This document shows, in pieces, positions 1 through 11,588 of a DNA stretch of 64,000 bases. Each line of letters begins with the position of its first letter. The first letter of the stretch is position 1. The notes under the pieces were generated by a model. The model ran no database searches. It saw nothing but the letters and a program-made list of their open reading frames with translations, and was not told the origin of the DNA. The position numbers and the translations under genes were made by a program. This DNA is from Macrostomum lignano (lineage: Eukaryota): assembly GCA_002269645.1 (NCBI GenBank), contig NIVC01001894.1, forward strand, positions 194,843-258,842. Direction: 5' to 3'.

Positions 1-545
1 CCTGGATGCTACAGACAGGGTAGCGGGAAGGGTGTCCTGGATGCTACAGTCAGGGTAGCGGGAAGGGTGTCCTGGATGCTACAGACAGAGTAGCGGGAAG
101 GGTGTTCTGGGTGCTACAGACAGGGTAGCGGGAAGGGTGTCCTGGATGCTACAGTCAGGGTAGCGGGAAGGGTGTCCTGGATGCTACAGACAGGTAGCGG
201 GAAGGGTGTCCTGGATGCTACAGACAGGGTAGCGGGAAGGGTGTCCTGGATGCTACAGACAGAGTAGCGGGAAGGGTGTCCTGGATGCTACAGACAGGGT
301 AGCGGGAAGGGTGTCCTGGATGCTACAGACAGGGTAGCGGGAAGGATGTCCTGGGTGCTACAGACAGGGTAGCGGGAAGGGTGTCCTGGATGCTACAGAC
401 AGGGTAGCGGGAAGGATGTCCTGGATGCTACAGACAGGGTAGCGGGAAGGGTGTCCTGGATGCTACAGACAGGGTAGCGGGAAGGGTGTCCTGGGTGCTA
501 CAGGCAGGGTAGCGGGAAGGGTGTCCTGGATGCCACAGACAGGGT
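1..545. repeat. 35-bp minisatellite (CCTGGATGCTACAGACAGGGTAGCGGGAAGGGTGT)n, runs off window start
   Basis: About 15 near-identical tandem copies read directly. Confidence 0.97.
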
Positions 546-990
546 AGCAGGAACAGGAAGGGAGAGCCAAGGCTTCAATGCAAGAATCAATTGAAAATAA
601 GACTGGGCCAAGCGGTGCCACCAGACTCATGCGAGCTGCAGAGTCTACATGTTGAAGAGGAGATAAGAATGGGAAGAAAAATCAATGAAAGCCAGAGAGA
701 AATTTTGCGCATTGAAACTACGAAAGGATTTTCACAGTCCAAGGCTTTGTTGATAAAAGAATTCTCCCTGTTTGAGGCGGGGGTTGGGTGGGTCAAAAAC
801 CCGGAAAATTCAATACTCTGCATTTCTCCGCGGCTCTCAATAGGGCCTGATTGACAGCTAAGGGTGTATATATAAAGTACAAGCAAGTTTCAGGGCCCAT
901 ACGCGGTAAGAGTAGTATATTCAAATAGTCAATAATTAATGAATACGACTTCATAAAAGCTTCAGATTACCAAAGAAATTCTGGACTATA

Positions 991-996
991 TTTATT
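991..996 (-). terminator. Candidate polyadenylation signal (AATAAA) of METTL25B-like gene
   Basis: TTTATT on + strand about 60 nt past the stop codon at 1055. Confidence 0.55.
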
Positions 997-1054
997 ACAA
1001 AATGCAATTTGAAATGATAAATTTTGCATGAATCAGGCAGTTCACTGCATAATC

Positions 1055-2478
1055 CTAGGACTTCTTGGCTACAATAGCCAAGCATCTGGGCGACAGTTCG
1101 GGCGAGAACAGCTGCAACAGCTCCGCAGCTACTCCCCTCTCTTTAAGGTACAACTGAAGGTCAACTAAAAGTACAAACTCCAAAACCGGCCTCAGCAGAG
1201 TCTGCAATCGATAAACCAGTTCAGCAAGGCGAAGGTCCCCAGTTCGAGTCTCGGTCTCCCAGACAGTCAGAAGGCGACCCCGAATTGTCGGCCAGTCGAC
1301 TTCGCCGTTGTCATGACGACCGGCTGCCTCGTCCAGAGCGGCCAGGTAGGCGGCGAAATCTCCATCGGCTGCAGGCGGGCGGATGCGCCGCAGCAGGCGG
1401 TCGGCGTCAGGGCGGGCGGCCAGCTGCAGCGCGGCCCGGCGCAGGCTGGCGTCAATACGAGCCTGCAGCCTCGTCCTGCCCGTTGCTCCTAGGGGCAGCA
1501 GCAGCAGAGTCTCCAGACGCTCCTGGCAGGCCAGCCGACGGGCCGGGACGCTGGCGAATAGGCGGGCCAAGCCGGGCAGGCGCGACACAGCGGCGCTGAC
1601 TGGCGCTGAGAGCGCGGACTTGTGATAGCAGCAGGGCAGGCAGATCAGGCTGCGCAGCCGCTGGCTGGAGGCGAACAAATCCACCAGACTGTTGGACAGG
1701 GAGCCGCAGGCGTGCTGGCCCAGCGCCAACACCGGACTCGAATTGTCCATCCCGGCTGACAGGCGGTCCAACGCCGACTCAACTGCCAGGCGACAGTCGC
1801 GGCCGGGCCGCAGCTCCAGGCACAGCGTGGCGTCGGCATCAGACGAGGCCAACAGGCGAGCGTCGCGATCGATCAGCAGTGTCCGAGTGTCCGGAAACTG
1901 GCTGGACAGCAGGCGGCCGAATCGGCCGACTCCGGCGCCAACGTCCAGCAGGATTAGGGATGATGATGATGATGAGGAATCGCCGGAGCCACCAGCCAGG
2001 CCGGACTCGCCGATGTAGGCCAGCAGCCTCTCGGCCTCGTGCCGCTTCTTTGGCCGCAGCCGGCGGTACTGGTTTGACGCTGGGCGGGATGGTGGCGGCG
2101 GATTAAAGACGGCCGTCTGCTCGGCGATGTCGGACAGGCAGGAGAACAGCTCGTCAAGGTGCAGCTGCGTCCCGATGCTCTCGGCTGGCAGGGGCCTACC
2201 GGACACAGCGGCATTCAGACAGGCGTCGATCGCTTCAATCAGGCAGTCGGCGTCCTCCGCGGCCACGCGACCTCGCCAGGGCCGCACCAGCAGCGCGTCT
2301 GTCCAAGCGAAATCAACCGACCACCACAGCTGGTCGAGCAGGCGGTCCAGCCGGTCCAGGAGGCCAGACAGGCGCGGACTGATGCCTGCGAGCGATGACA
2401 GGAATGTGTGCGCAGCGGCGGGATTCGGCTGCTTGTACCTTTTGCTTCTTTGGTATAGCGATGAGCAGCGACTACTGG
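1055..2478 (-). CDS. METTL25B: METTL25B/RRNAD1-like class I SAM-dependent methyltransferase, main (terminal) exon; lacks its own N-terminal ATG
   Basis: Family motifs RPKKRHE (cf. RPKKQHE), LLDVGAGVG (SAM motif I), GQHACGSLS (cf. GLHACGDLS), PCCYH, and C-terminal LFSPELSPRCLAIVAK (cf. IFSPELSPRNLVLVAT). Pyrimidine-rich acceptor CCGCCTTGTAG| at 2479, phase 1. Confidence 0.88.
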
Positions 2479-2494
2479 CTACAAGGCGGAGTGA

Positions 2495-3140
2495 CAGATT
2501 CACTCCTGAGACAGGGGACTGAGTCTCACTCCTGAAACACGGGAGTGAGTCTCAATCCTGAGACAGGGGACTGAGTCTCAATCCTGAGACAGGGGACTGA
2601 GTCTCAATCCTGAGACACGGGAGTGAGTCTCAATCCTGAGACAGGGGAGTGAGTCTCAATCCTGAGACAGGGGAGTGAGTCTCAATCCTGAGACAGGGGA
2701 CTGAGTCTCACTCCTGAGACAGGGGAGTCGGGGACTGAGTCTCAATCCTGAGACAGGGGACTGAGTCTCAATCCTGAGACAGGGGACTGAGTCTCACTCC
2801 TGAGACAGGGGAGTCGGGGACTGAGTCTCAATCCTGAGACAGGGGAGTCGGGGACTGAGTCTCAATCCTGAGACAGGGGACTGAGTCTCAATCCTGAGAC
2901 AGGGGACTGAGTCTCACTCCTGAGACAGGGGAGTCGGGGACTGAGTCTCAATCCTGAGACAGGGGAGTCGGGGACTGAGTCTCAATCCTGAGACAGGGGA
3001 CTGAGTCTCACTCCTGAGACAGGGGAGTCGGGGACTGAGTCTCAATCCTGAGACAGGGGACTGAGTCTCAATCCTGAGACAGGGGAGTGACAGCCTCAAT
3101 CCTGAGACAGGGAGTGACAACTAAACCCGGGACAGGGGAG
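2495..3140. repeat. 26/34-bp minisatellite (CTGAGTCTCAATCCTGAGACAGGGGA[GTCGGGGA])n
   Basis: Tandem copies; each unit has an internal GTCTCA-N4-TGAGAC inverted repeat. Confidence 0.95.
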
Positions 3141-3454
3141 TGACAGCTAAACCGAACAAAAAAAACAAGAAAACAAATCAGGACTCAGTAACGCAGCATC
3201 GGTAATAACAGATGAAATGCACAATTGACTGTATATTTATAACTTACACAATAGAATTGAATTTCGCAAGAATGTACTTTAACGAACCAACTGAGCAAAT
3301 GCCACAATTATACGAGCAACAGACAGACTTGAAAATCGCATATTTGTACCAAGTTGAGTGCAATTTTTAAAAAGATATGTAAATGAATTGATCAAACATC
3401 TGCACTCTTCAACATCACTTAACAAAATAGCAATAATCGTAAGTTCTTCAGAGT

Positions 3455-3935
3455 TCAGTCTCACCAATAATATTGCGTCACTGATTTCAGTCTCACCAAT
3501 AATATTGCGTCACTGATTTCAGTCTCACCAATAATATTGCGTCACTGATTTCAGTCTCACCAATAATATTGCGTCACTGATTTCAGTCTCACCAATAATA
3601 TTGCGTCACTGATTTCAGTCTCACCAATAATATTGCGTCAATGATTTCAGTCTCACCAATAATATTGCGTCACTGATTTCAGTCTCACCAATAATATTGC
3701 TTCACTGATTTCAGTCTCACCAATAATATTGCGTCACTGATTTCAGTCTCACCAATAATATTGCTTCACTGATTTCAGTCTCACCAATAATATTGCTTCA
3801 CTGATTTCAGTCTCACCAATAATATTGCGTCACTGATTTCAGTCTCACCAATAATATTGCGTCACCAATTGCCTCACCAATAATATTGCTTCACTGATTT
3901 CAGTCTCACCAATAATATTGCGTCACTGATTTCAG
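3455..3935. repeat. 32-bp minisatellite (TTCAGTCTCACCAATAATATTGCGTCACTGAT)n
   Basis: About 14 tandem copies. Confidence 0.95.
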
Positions 3936-3941
3936 GGTCAC

Positions 3942-3981
3942 CCGACAAGCCGACAACACAAGCCACAGTCTCAATCGTCAT
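3942..3981 (-). CDS. METTL25B: Candidate 40-nt first coding exon of METTL25B-like gene (MTIETVACVVGLS)
   Basis: ATG 2 nt after NSUN4 TGA; weak donor G|GTGACC gives phase 1, matching the 2478 acceptor frame. Confidence 0.35.
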
Positions 3982-3983
3982 CT

Positions 3984-4266
3984 TCAATCCACCCGTTTCA
4001 ATTTGCACACAAAGCTCGGTCCATAATTAGCCAGCAGGTGCGGCAGCACCAGCAGCCCCACTTGGCGGCTCTCCACCCGGCAGCCGGCGCCAACCAGCAG
4101 GCTGGCCAGCGGCCGCAGGTCCACCAGCTTGAATGCCGGCTGCAGTTTAGCCAGAGCAGACAGCACAACAGCCTCATTCTGTGCTGGCGACATTGTGCAG
4201 GTTGAGTAGACCAAGCTGGCTCCCGGACGGCAGGCCGCGGCGCCGGCTAGAAGCAGCTGGAGCTGA
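3984..4266 (-). CDS. NSUN4: NSUN4 m5C RNA methyltransferase exon 5 (terminal)
   Basis: LVYSTCTMS (motif VI catalytic Cys), QNEAVV, LLVLPHLLANYGPSFVCKLKR matches the NSUN3/4 C-terminus; acceptor CCTGCAG| phase 2. Confidence 0.9.
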
Positions 4267-4357
4267 CTGCAGGTGAATTTGTACATAAATAGATATTGAC
4301 AACAATATCCCAATAACTCTACTCAAAGTAGTGCAAAACGCAAAATAATAATATTAC

Positions 4358-4591
4358 GTATTGGGCAGGCCGACTCTTTCTTTGCTGCGACGCCCGCTAA
4401 ACAGGTCGGCCTCGGGATCGTTCAACGAGTGCCGATCTCCCGAGCAGGTGGGATCAACTAGAACGCGATCGAATGAGTTCAGGGGATAAGCGCCACTGTT
4501 TAGCGCGTTGGCGTACAGCTGCGAAACTGAGCATCCGGCTAGCACTGACGGCGGCACGTGCGAGCTTAGCAGGCGGGCGAGGCGGCTGGAT
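4358..4591 (-). CDS. NSUN4: NSUN4 exon 4
   Basis: FDRVLVDPTCSGDRHSL (motif IV); acceptor CCCCAG|, donor AC|GTAATA, phase 2-2. Confidence 0.88.
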
Positions 4592-4631
4592 CTGGGGATG
4601 GCGGGCGCATTAGCTTGAGTAGTGAGATCGG

Positions 4632-6587
4632 CGTGTGAGCAGATAGCTACTCAGATCAGTGTGAGCAGATAGCTACTCAGATCAGTGTGTGAGCAGATAG
4701 CTACTCAGATCAGTGTGTGAGCAGATAGCTACTCAGATCAGTGTGTGAGTAGATAGCTACTCAGATCAATGTGTGAGCAGATAGCTACTCAGATCAATGT
4801 GTGAGTAGATAGCTACTCAGATCAGTGTGTGAGTAGATAGCTACTCAGATCAGTGTGTGAGCAGATAGCTACTCAGATCAATGTGTGAGCAGATAGCTAC
4901 TCAGATCAATGTGTGAGTAGATAGCTACTCAGATCAGTGTGTGAGCAGATAGCTACTCAGATCGGTGTGAGCAGATAGCTACTCAGATCAGTGTGTGAGC
5001 AGATAGCTACTCAGATCAATGTGTGAGCAGATAGCTACTCAGATCAATGTGTGAGCAGATAGCTACTCAGATCAATGTGTGAGTAGATAGCTACTCAGAT
5101 CAGTGTGTGAGTAGATAGCTACTCAGATCAGTGTGTGAGTAGATAGCTACTCAGATCGGTGTGAGCAGATAGCTACTCAGATCGGTGTGAGCAGATAGCT
5201 ACTCAGATCAATGTGTGAGCAGATAGCTACTCAGATCGGTGTGAGCAGATAGCTACTCAGATCAGTGTGTGAGCAGATAGCTACTCAGATAAGTGTGTGA
5301 GCAGATAGCTACTCAGATCAATGTGTGAGCAGATAGCTACTCAGATCAATGTGTGAGCAGATAGCTACTCAGATCAGTGTGTGAGTAGATAGCTACTCAG
5401 ATCAGTGTGTGAGCAGATAGCTACTCAGATCAATGTGTGAGCAGATAGCTACTCAGATCAATGTGTGAGTAGATAGCTACTCAGATCAGTGTGTGAGCAG
5501 ATAGCTACTCAGATCGGTGTGAGCAGATAGCTACTCAGATCAGTGTGTGAGCAGATAGCTACTCAGATCAGTGTGTGAGCAGATAGCTACTCAGATCAAT
5601 GTGTGAGCAGATAGCTACTCAGATCAATGTGTGAGTAGATAGCTACTCAGATCAGTGTGTGAGCAGATAGCTACTCAGATCAGTGTGTGAGCAGATAGCT
5701 ACTCAGATCAATGTGTGAGCAGATAGCTACTCAGATCAATGTGTGAGCAGATAGCTACTCAGATCAATGTGTGAGCAGATAGCTACTCAGATCAATGTGT
5801 GAGCAGATAGCTACTCAGATCAATGTGTGAGCAGATAGCTACTCAGATCAGTGTGTGAGCAGATAGCTACTCAGATCAATGTGTGAGCAGATAGCTACTC
5901 AGATCAATGTGTGAGCAGATAGCTACTCAGATCAGTGTGTGAGCAGATAGCTACTCAGATCAATGTGTGAGCAGATAGCTACTCAGATCAATGTGTGAGC
6001 AGATAGCTACTCAGATCAATGTGTGAGCAGATAGCTACTCAGATCAATGTGTGAGCAGATAGCTACTCAGATCAATGTGTGAGTAGATAGCTACTCAGAT
6101 CAGTGTGTGAGCAGATAGCTACTCAGATCAGTGTGTGAGTAGATAGCTACTCAGATCGGTGTGAGCAGATAGCTACTCAGATCAATGTGTGAGCAGATAG
6201 CTACTCAGATCAATGTGTGAGCAGATAGCTACTCAGATCAATGTGTGAGCAGATAGCTACTCAGATCAATGTGTGAGCAGATAGCTACTCAGATCAGTGT
6301 GTGAGCAGATAGCTACTCAGATCAATGTGTGAGCAGATAGCTACTCAGATCAATGTGTGAGCAGATAGCTACTCAGATCAATGTGTGAGCAGATAGCTAC
6401 TCAGATCAATGTGTGAGCAGATAGCTACTCAGATCAATGTGTGAGCAGATAGCTACTCAGATCAATGTGTGAGCAGATAGCTACTCAGATCAGTGTGTGA
6501 GCAGATAGCTACTCAGATCAGTGTGTGAGCAGATAGCTACTCAGATCAGTGTGTGAGCAGATAGCTACTCAGATCAGTGTGTGAGCA
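4632..6587. repeat. 28-bp minisatellite (GTGTGTGAGCAGATAGCTACTCAGATCA)n filling NSUN4 intron 3
   Basis: About 70 tandem copies. Confidence 0.97.
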
Positions 6588-6637
6588 TAGCACACTCAAT
6601 GAGGTTAAGAAAGCAAAACACACAAGGCAGCGCAGAC

Positions 6638-6847
6638 CTAGCGGAGGACTTGTCCAAGCATAGCATTTGTCCTGGCAGTGCCTGCTGCAGCAGACAATAG
6701 GCCTTTGACCCGGGAGCGGAGCACAGGTCTAGCACCGAGTCGCCATCGCCTGGGCAAAGGGCCAAGGCGGCGGCCACAGAGCCGAGATCCATTGGCAAAT
6801 AGGGGCACAGGCCGGTGGTTTGATCTGGCTTTGGCCGGGGGAACCAC
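6638..6847 (-). CDS. NSUN4: NSUN4 exon 3
   Basis: YLPMDLGSVAAALAL...VLDLCSAPGSK (SAM-binding motif I); acceptor ACACAG|, donor AG|GTCTGC. Confidence 0.9.
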   Translation of the reverse strand: MVPPAKARSNHRPVPLFANGSRLCGRRLGPLPRRWRLGARPVLRSRVKGLLSAAAGTARTNAMLGQVLR

Positions 6848-6967
6848 CTGTGTGTGTGTAAGGTTCTTTAATCATTTGCCTGCCACTGGAATTCTAGCTT
6901 GACTAGCAGAGTTTCGGGTATAGCCAAGGTACTTTTTACTCCTAAATTTATTCATTGTACGTGTTAG

Positions 6968-7380
6968 AACCAACAGAACGGGTTGCTTCTGTTTTTACAG
7001 AATGCTTCTGCAGAATGGGTTGCTTCTACAGAATGGGTTGCTTCTACAGAATGGGTTGTTTCTACAGAATGGGTTGCTTCTGCTTTTACAGAATGCTTCT
7101 ACAGAATGGGTTGCTTCTACAGAATGGGTTGCTTCTACAGAATGGGTTGCTTCTACAGAATGGGTTGCTTCTACAGAATGGGTTGCTTCTACAGAATGGG
7201 TTGTTTCTACAGAATGGGTTGCTTCTACAGAATGGGTTGCTTCTACAGAATGGGTTGCTTCTACAGAATGGGTTGCTTCTACAGAATGGGTTGCTTCTAC
7301 AGAATGGGTTGCTTCTACAGAATGGGTTGCTTCTACAGAATGGGTTGCTTCTACAGAATGGGTTGCTTCTACAGAATGGG
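6968..7380. repeat. 18-bp minisatellite (CAGAATGGGTTGCTTCTA)n in NSUN4 intron 2
   Basis: About 22 tandem copies. Confidence 0.95.
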
Positions 7381-7499
7381 CTGCATTTTTCAAGACAATT
7401 GCTTAATAATATAATTTATTAGATTATTTAAGAACCATTTAGGAGGTTATTCTAAAGCTAAAATAAGCCTTATACATTTCAAAATTTTTTTAACTTCAC

Positions 7500-7975
7500 C
7501 TGTCACTGCCAGCCGGCTTCATCAGCTGATGCTGCACGCTAGATGGGAAGGCGAACACCTGCAAAGTGGGCGAAATGGTCAGGTCACTAGGCAGCCACAG
7601 CTCGGGATCAGCGGGATCAATCAGACTACACGAGTCATCGGTTGGGCCGCCGTGAACAGCGCTATCGGACAGGGCCAGGGAGGCCCGGCCGCGAGGGTCC
7701 ATCTCGGTGATGAACTCGGTGGCAGGCAGAAATTCGTTCAAGTTCGATCGGGAATCCGCAGCTGCGGCTGAGGAGGCGGCGAATGTGGCCGCTTCGAGGC
7801 GATCGTAGCTGAGCACTTTTAACTCGGCTGAACGCTCGGAGAGCTGATGAGGCTGACCAGCTGCCGGTGATTCGAACGATTCCTCGGCGCTCTCCGGCCA
7901 AGCCTGCAAACGGCGCCTCCAATCGGGCGCCAAATCTTCGGCGCCTAAGGTTAGAAGCCGCGTCTCTGCGGCAGC
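7500..7975 (-). CDS. NSUN4: NSUN4 exon 2 (long acidic insert)
   Basis: Open frame with LNEFLPATEF; acceptor TTGCAG| phase 0, donor AG|GTGAAG phase 2, in frame with exons 1 and 3. Confidence 0.8.
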
Positions 7976-8036
7976 CTGCAATTGAAATTGGCTATCAATT
8001 GTTTTAGGGCTACTTTTAGTAGCAACATGAGAAAAT

Positions 8037-8750
8037 CGAATCAGCAATCAGATCAAACTGAATCAGCAATCAGATCAAACTGAATCAGCAATCAGATCAA
8101 ATTGAATCAGCAATCAGATCAAACTGAATCAGCAATCAGATCAAACTGAATCAGCAATCAGATCAAACTGAATCAGCAATCAGATCAAATTGAATCAGCA
8201 ATCAGATCAAACTGAATCAGCAATCAGATCAAACTGAATCAGCAATCAGATCAAACTGAATCAGCAATCAGATCAAATTGAATCAGCAATCAGATCAAAC
8301 TGAATCAGCAATCAGATCAAACTGAATCAGCAATCAGATCAAACTGAATCAGCAATCAGATCAAACTGAATCAGCAATCAGATCAAACTGAATCAGCAAT
8401 CAGATCAAACTGAATCAGCAATCAGATCAAACTGAATCAGCAATCAGATCAAACTGAATCAGCAATCAGATCAAATTGAATCAGCAATCAGATCAAACTG
8501 AATCAGCAATCAGATCAAACTGAATCAGCAATCAGATCAAACTGAATCAGCAATCAGATCAAACTGAATCAGCAATCAGATCAAACTGAATCAGCAATCA
8601 GATCAAATTGAATCAGCAATCAGATCAAACTGAATCAGCAATCAGATCAAACTGAATCAGCAATCAGATCAAACTGAATCAGCAATCAGATCAAATTGAA
8701 TCAGCAATCAGATCAAACTGAATCAGCAATCAGATCAAACTGAATCAGCA
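8037..8750. repeat. 22-bp minisatellite (AATCAGCAATCAGATCAAACTG)n in NSUN4 intron 1
   Basis: About 32 tandem copies. Confidence 0.96.
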
Positions 8751-8769
8751 AATGAACAGATTAATTATC

Positions 8770-9206
8770 TGATTGACACAGAATGCATTCCCTGATTCAC
8801 ATAGAATCGAGTACCTGATTCACACGGAATGCATTCCCTGATTCACATAGAATCGAGTACCTGATTCACACGGAATGCAATGCCTGATTCACATAGAACC
8901 GAGTACATGATAACCCGATTCACATATAATCATATAATGCATTACCTGATTCACACAGAATGCATTACCTGATTCACACAGAATGCATTGCCTGATTCAC
9001 ATAGAATCGAGTACCTGATTCACACAGAATGCAATGCCTGATTCACACAGAACCGAGTACATGATAACCTGATTCACATAGAATCGAGTACCTGATAACC
9101 TGATTCACACAGAATGCATTACCTGATTCACACAGAATGCATTACCTGATTCACACAGAATGCATTACCTGATTCACACAGAATGCATTACCTGATTCAC
9201 ATAGAA
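8770..9206. repeat. 23-bp minisatellite (CCTGATTCACACAGAATGCATTA)n overlapping the NSUN4 exon1/intron1 junction
   Basis: Degenerate tandem copies; the last copy overlaps coding sequence. Confidence 0.9.
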
Positions 9207-9548
9207 CCGGTTCAGCACAGCGACATGCCTAGGCTGGGACAGCAGAGCCAGACGGATTGATGGCCAGAGCTCAGGCCCAAACTCCGGCCCATAGATCTGG
9301 TCAAAGTGGGCCAGAGCTCTACGACCCCACTGGGTCAGGAGGGCGCCAGTGGCTGTGGGTGGCTGGTCAAACATACGCTGGACAGCCCAACGTGGTTGCA
9401 ACTCAGCATCCTGATGCTGCTGCTGTTTCTGCTTTCGAGTGCTGGCAGAAGACATTGCAACAGTGGAGTGCACTGAGCGCCTGGCTGCCATTATGCACAA
9501 GTAGCTGCGATGGTGATAATGGCTTGCTAGGGCTGCAGTGCTTGGCAT
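9192..9548 (-). CDS. NSUN4: NSUN4 exon 1 (full gene 9548-3984, about 519 aa, predicted mitochondrial rRNA m5C methyltransferase)
   Basis: ALAHFDQIYGPEFGPELWPSIRLALLSQPRHVAVLNRF matches the NSUN4 N-terminal block; Arg/Ser-rich presequence-like N-terminus; donor CAG|GTAATG. Confidence 0.88.
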
Positions 9549-11588
9549 TTTCCTGATGATAATAGTGATTTAATAACAGAAATAATGTAAAGTATATTAT
9601 CTTTCTTAGAAATTCAGAAAAAATAATTCAAGAACATTATCTCAAATTACTAACACTTATTTGTTTGAAGTCAATTCTAGAATATTGAATAATAAACATT
9701 TTATGCTAAGTAAATAATTAAGAATTGGATTGAGTTCAATAAGGTAAATAGAAAGAAGAAATCATGAATAGGTAAACAAAATATTGGTTAAGAATATAAT
9801 ATAAAAGTTGCAACACTTAGTAAAAATGGTCTTAGCCTAATAATACAGAGAGCTTTTGACTTATTTACTTAGACTTAGCAATAGGGCAATCCCAGAATGG
9901 GAAAGTATGAAAACCTATTATACTAATCCTTTTATATAGATAGTTCAATAGACCTAGATTTTTAAAAAAGCCTATCTAATTAGATGCTATTATAATTATT
10001 TATATATGTTATATATTACAATTCTACAATTCTATAGTTGTTCTAGATATAGTTATAGATTAGATACCTGTTATAGTTATATAACAATATATAGTTATAT
10101 TTAGTTATATATCTATTATATCTAGCTATATATCTAGAAACCTTTTAAAAAATCATTTCTCTTTTTATTTTCAAATTTTAAATGCACTTTCTTTCTTTTG
10201 ATTTGTTAATTGCTACTTATTTATATAAATTATTATTTCTTTTCTTATGTTTTTAATGCTTTCTTTTCATTTTATTCATTTAATTTTTATGCTTTATGCT
10301 ATGTATCCCAATACACTTTTTGGTACTTAGTTGATTGATTTGCAATATATCCACAAAGGCTGCCTTGTTACCTAATTTGACTGGCTTTTTTAGTTAGGTA
10401 TTGCACATGTACGACTATGATTATAATTAAGTATATATTAGACTTAATCCTAAAACTATATTTAATTGGACTAATATTAATAAAACAACTTCTTTATATA
10501 AAAACATTTAATATTATTTTTAAAATATAGTATACTTGATCTTTTTAACACCTTAGAACAAAGCCTTTTGGATTTCTAATATTAGGCCTAATATTAGATT
10601 TTCTAATATAGTTTAGTTGATCCTTTTGACACTATAGACTAAAGACTATTAGATTTCTAATGCAATTTTTTAAAATTCCATTATACTCAAAATGGTTTGT
10701 AAGTATCTATCTATCTATGGGATCAATTAGAGAAAAATTACTATTAAAGTTGGTATATATTAATATTATAGGGCCTACTATTATATAATATAGTATTTTC
10801 ATTTGTTTTTTATTCTATGGCATTTGATCTACAAACAAATTTATTTCATAATGTCTTGGTACATATAGAACATGATCCTGACTAGGCTTATCTGAAGAGA
10901 AAGAAACATCACTATCTTATTGCAACTGATCAGTTGCAGCTGCAACCTGCAATGGAGTTTGAGTGACTGGACCATGCATGAGGACTAAGGGGGGATATTA
11001 GAAGTTATATATTCATTCTTTTAGAAAATCAAAAATCAGTCGCTTAGTGCGTTTTTTATTTGTAAAACACTGATTTAATTCACCAGAATTAAATATCCCA
11101 GTGAGTAAATGTGAATGTCCAGGGTAGGCCAGGCCACCACACCAGTACAGTAGTAGGTAGAGTCAAGGCTGTTAAAAAAATTCAAGTAAACCTATCCACA
11201 AAGAAAGAAAACAACAAGTCGTATAACAGGCTTTAAAATAATGATAATAACGAGAATATGAATAAATTATAAATAATATTAATAATAACATCACTATCAT
11301 CATATATAGATTGCTCTTTAATAAATTTTTTAGCAAGTAAATAATTTTCTTATAAAATGCCATGTTAAAAAGGGGAATAAAGGTATTAGTTAGCTAAACA
11401 AAATTTACTCTCATCATTTTCTAGACCATTTCCATTATTTTTTTAGCTAAATTTACTTTAGGTAAACTACTAAATTCATAATTTTTCTTTACTGTAATTA
11501 TATTTTATTGTCCGAGATTCGTACTCTTAGGTTTTTACTAACAGTAACATAAAAAGAAATTTACGTACAAATCTTTATAGTTTATAGA

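Noticed and set aside
587-886. 87-aa + and 99-aa - ORFs
   Set aside because: No recognisable homology or clear splice context; could be a terminal exon of an upstream gene but I cannot support it
4632-6587. Regular arrays resembling CRISPR
   Set aside because: No unique spacers, eukaryotic context, no cas genes
6955-7422. Multiple repetitive ORFs (LLQNGL, ASTEWV, HSVEAT)
   Set aside because: 18-bp intronic minisatellite; the same applies to ORFs at 14822-15622, 17069-17743, 41535-42235, 47422-47635 and 60803-61738
10921-10938. Perfect 18-bp palindrome TGCAACTGATCAGTTGCA
   Set aside because: Isolated, no TSD or other supporting context
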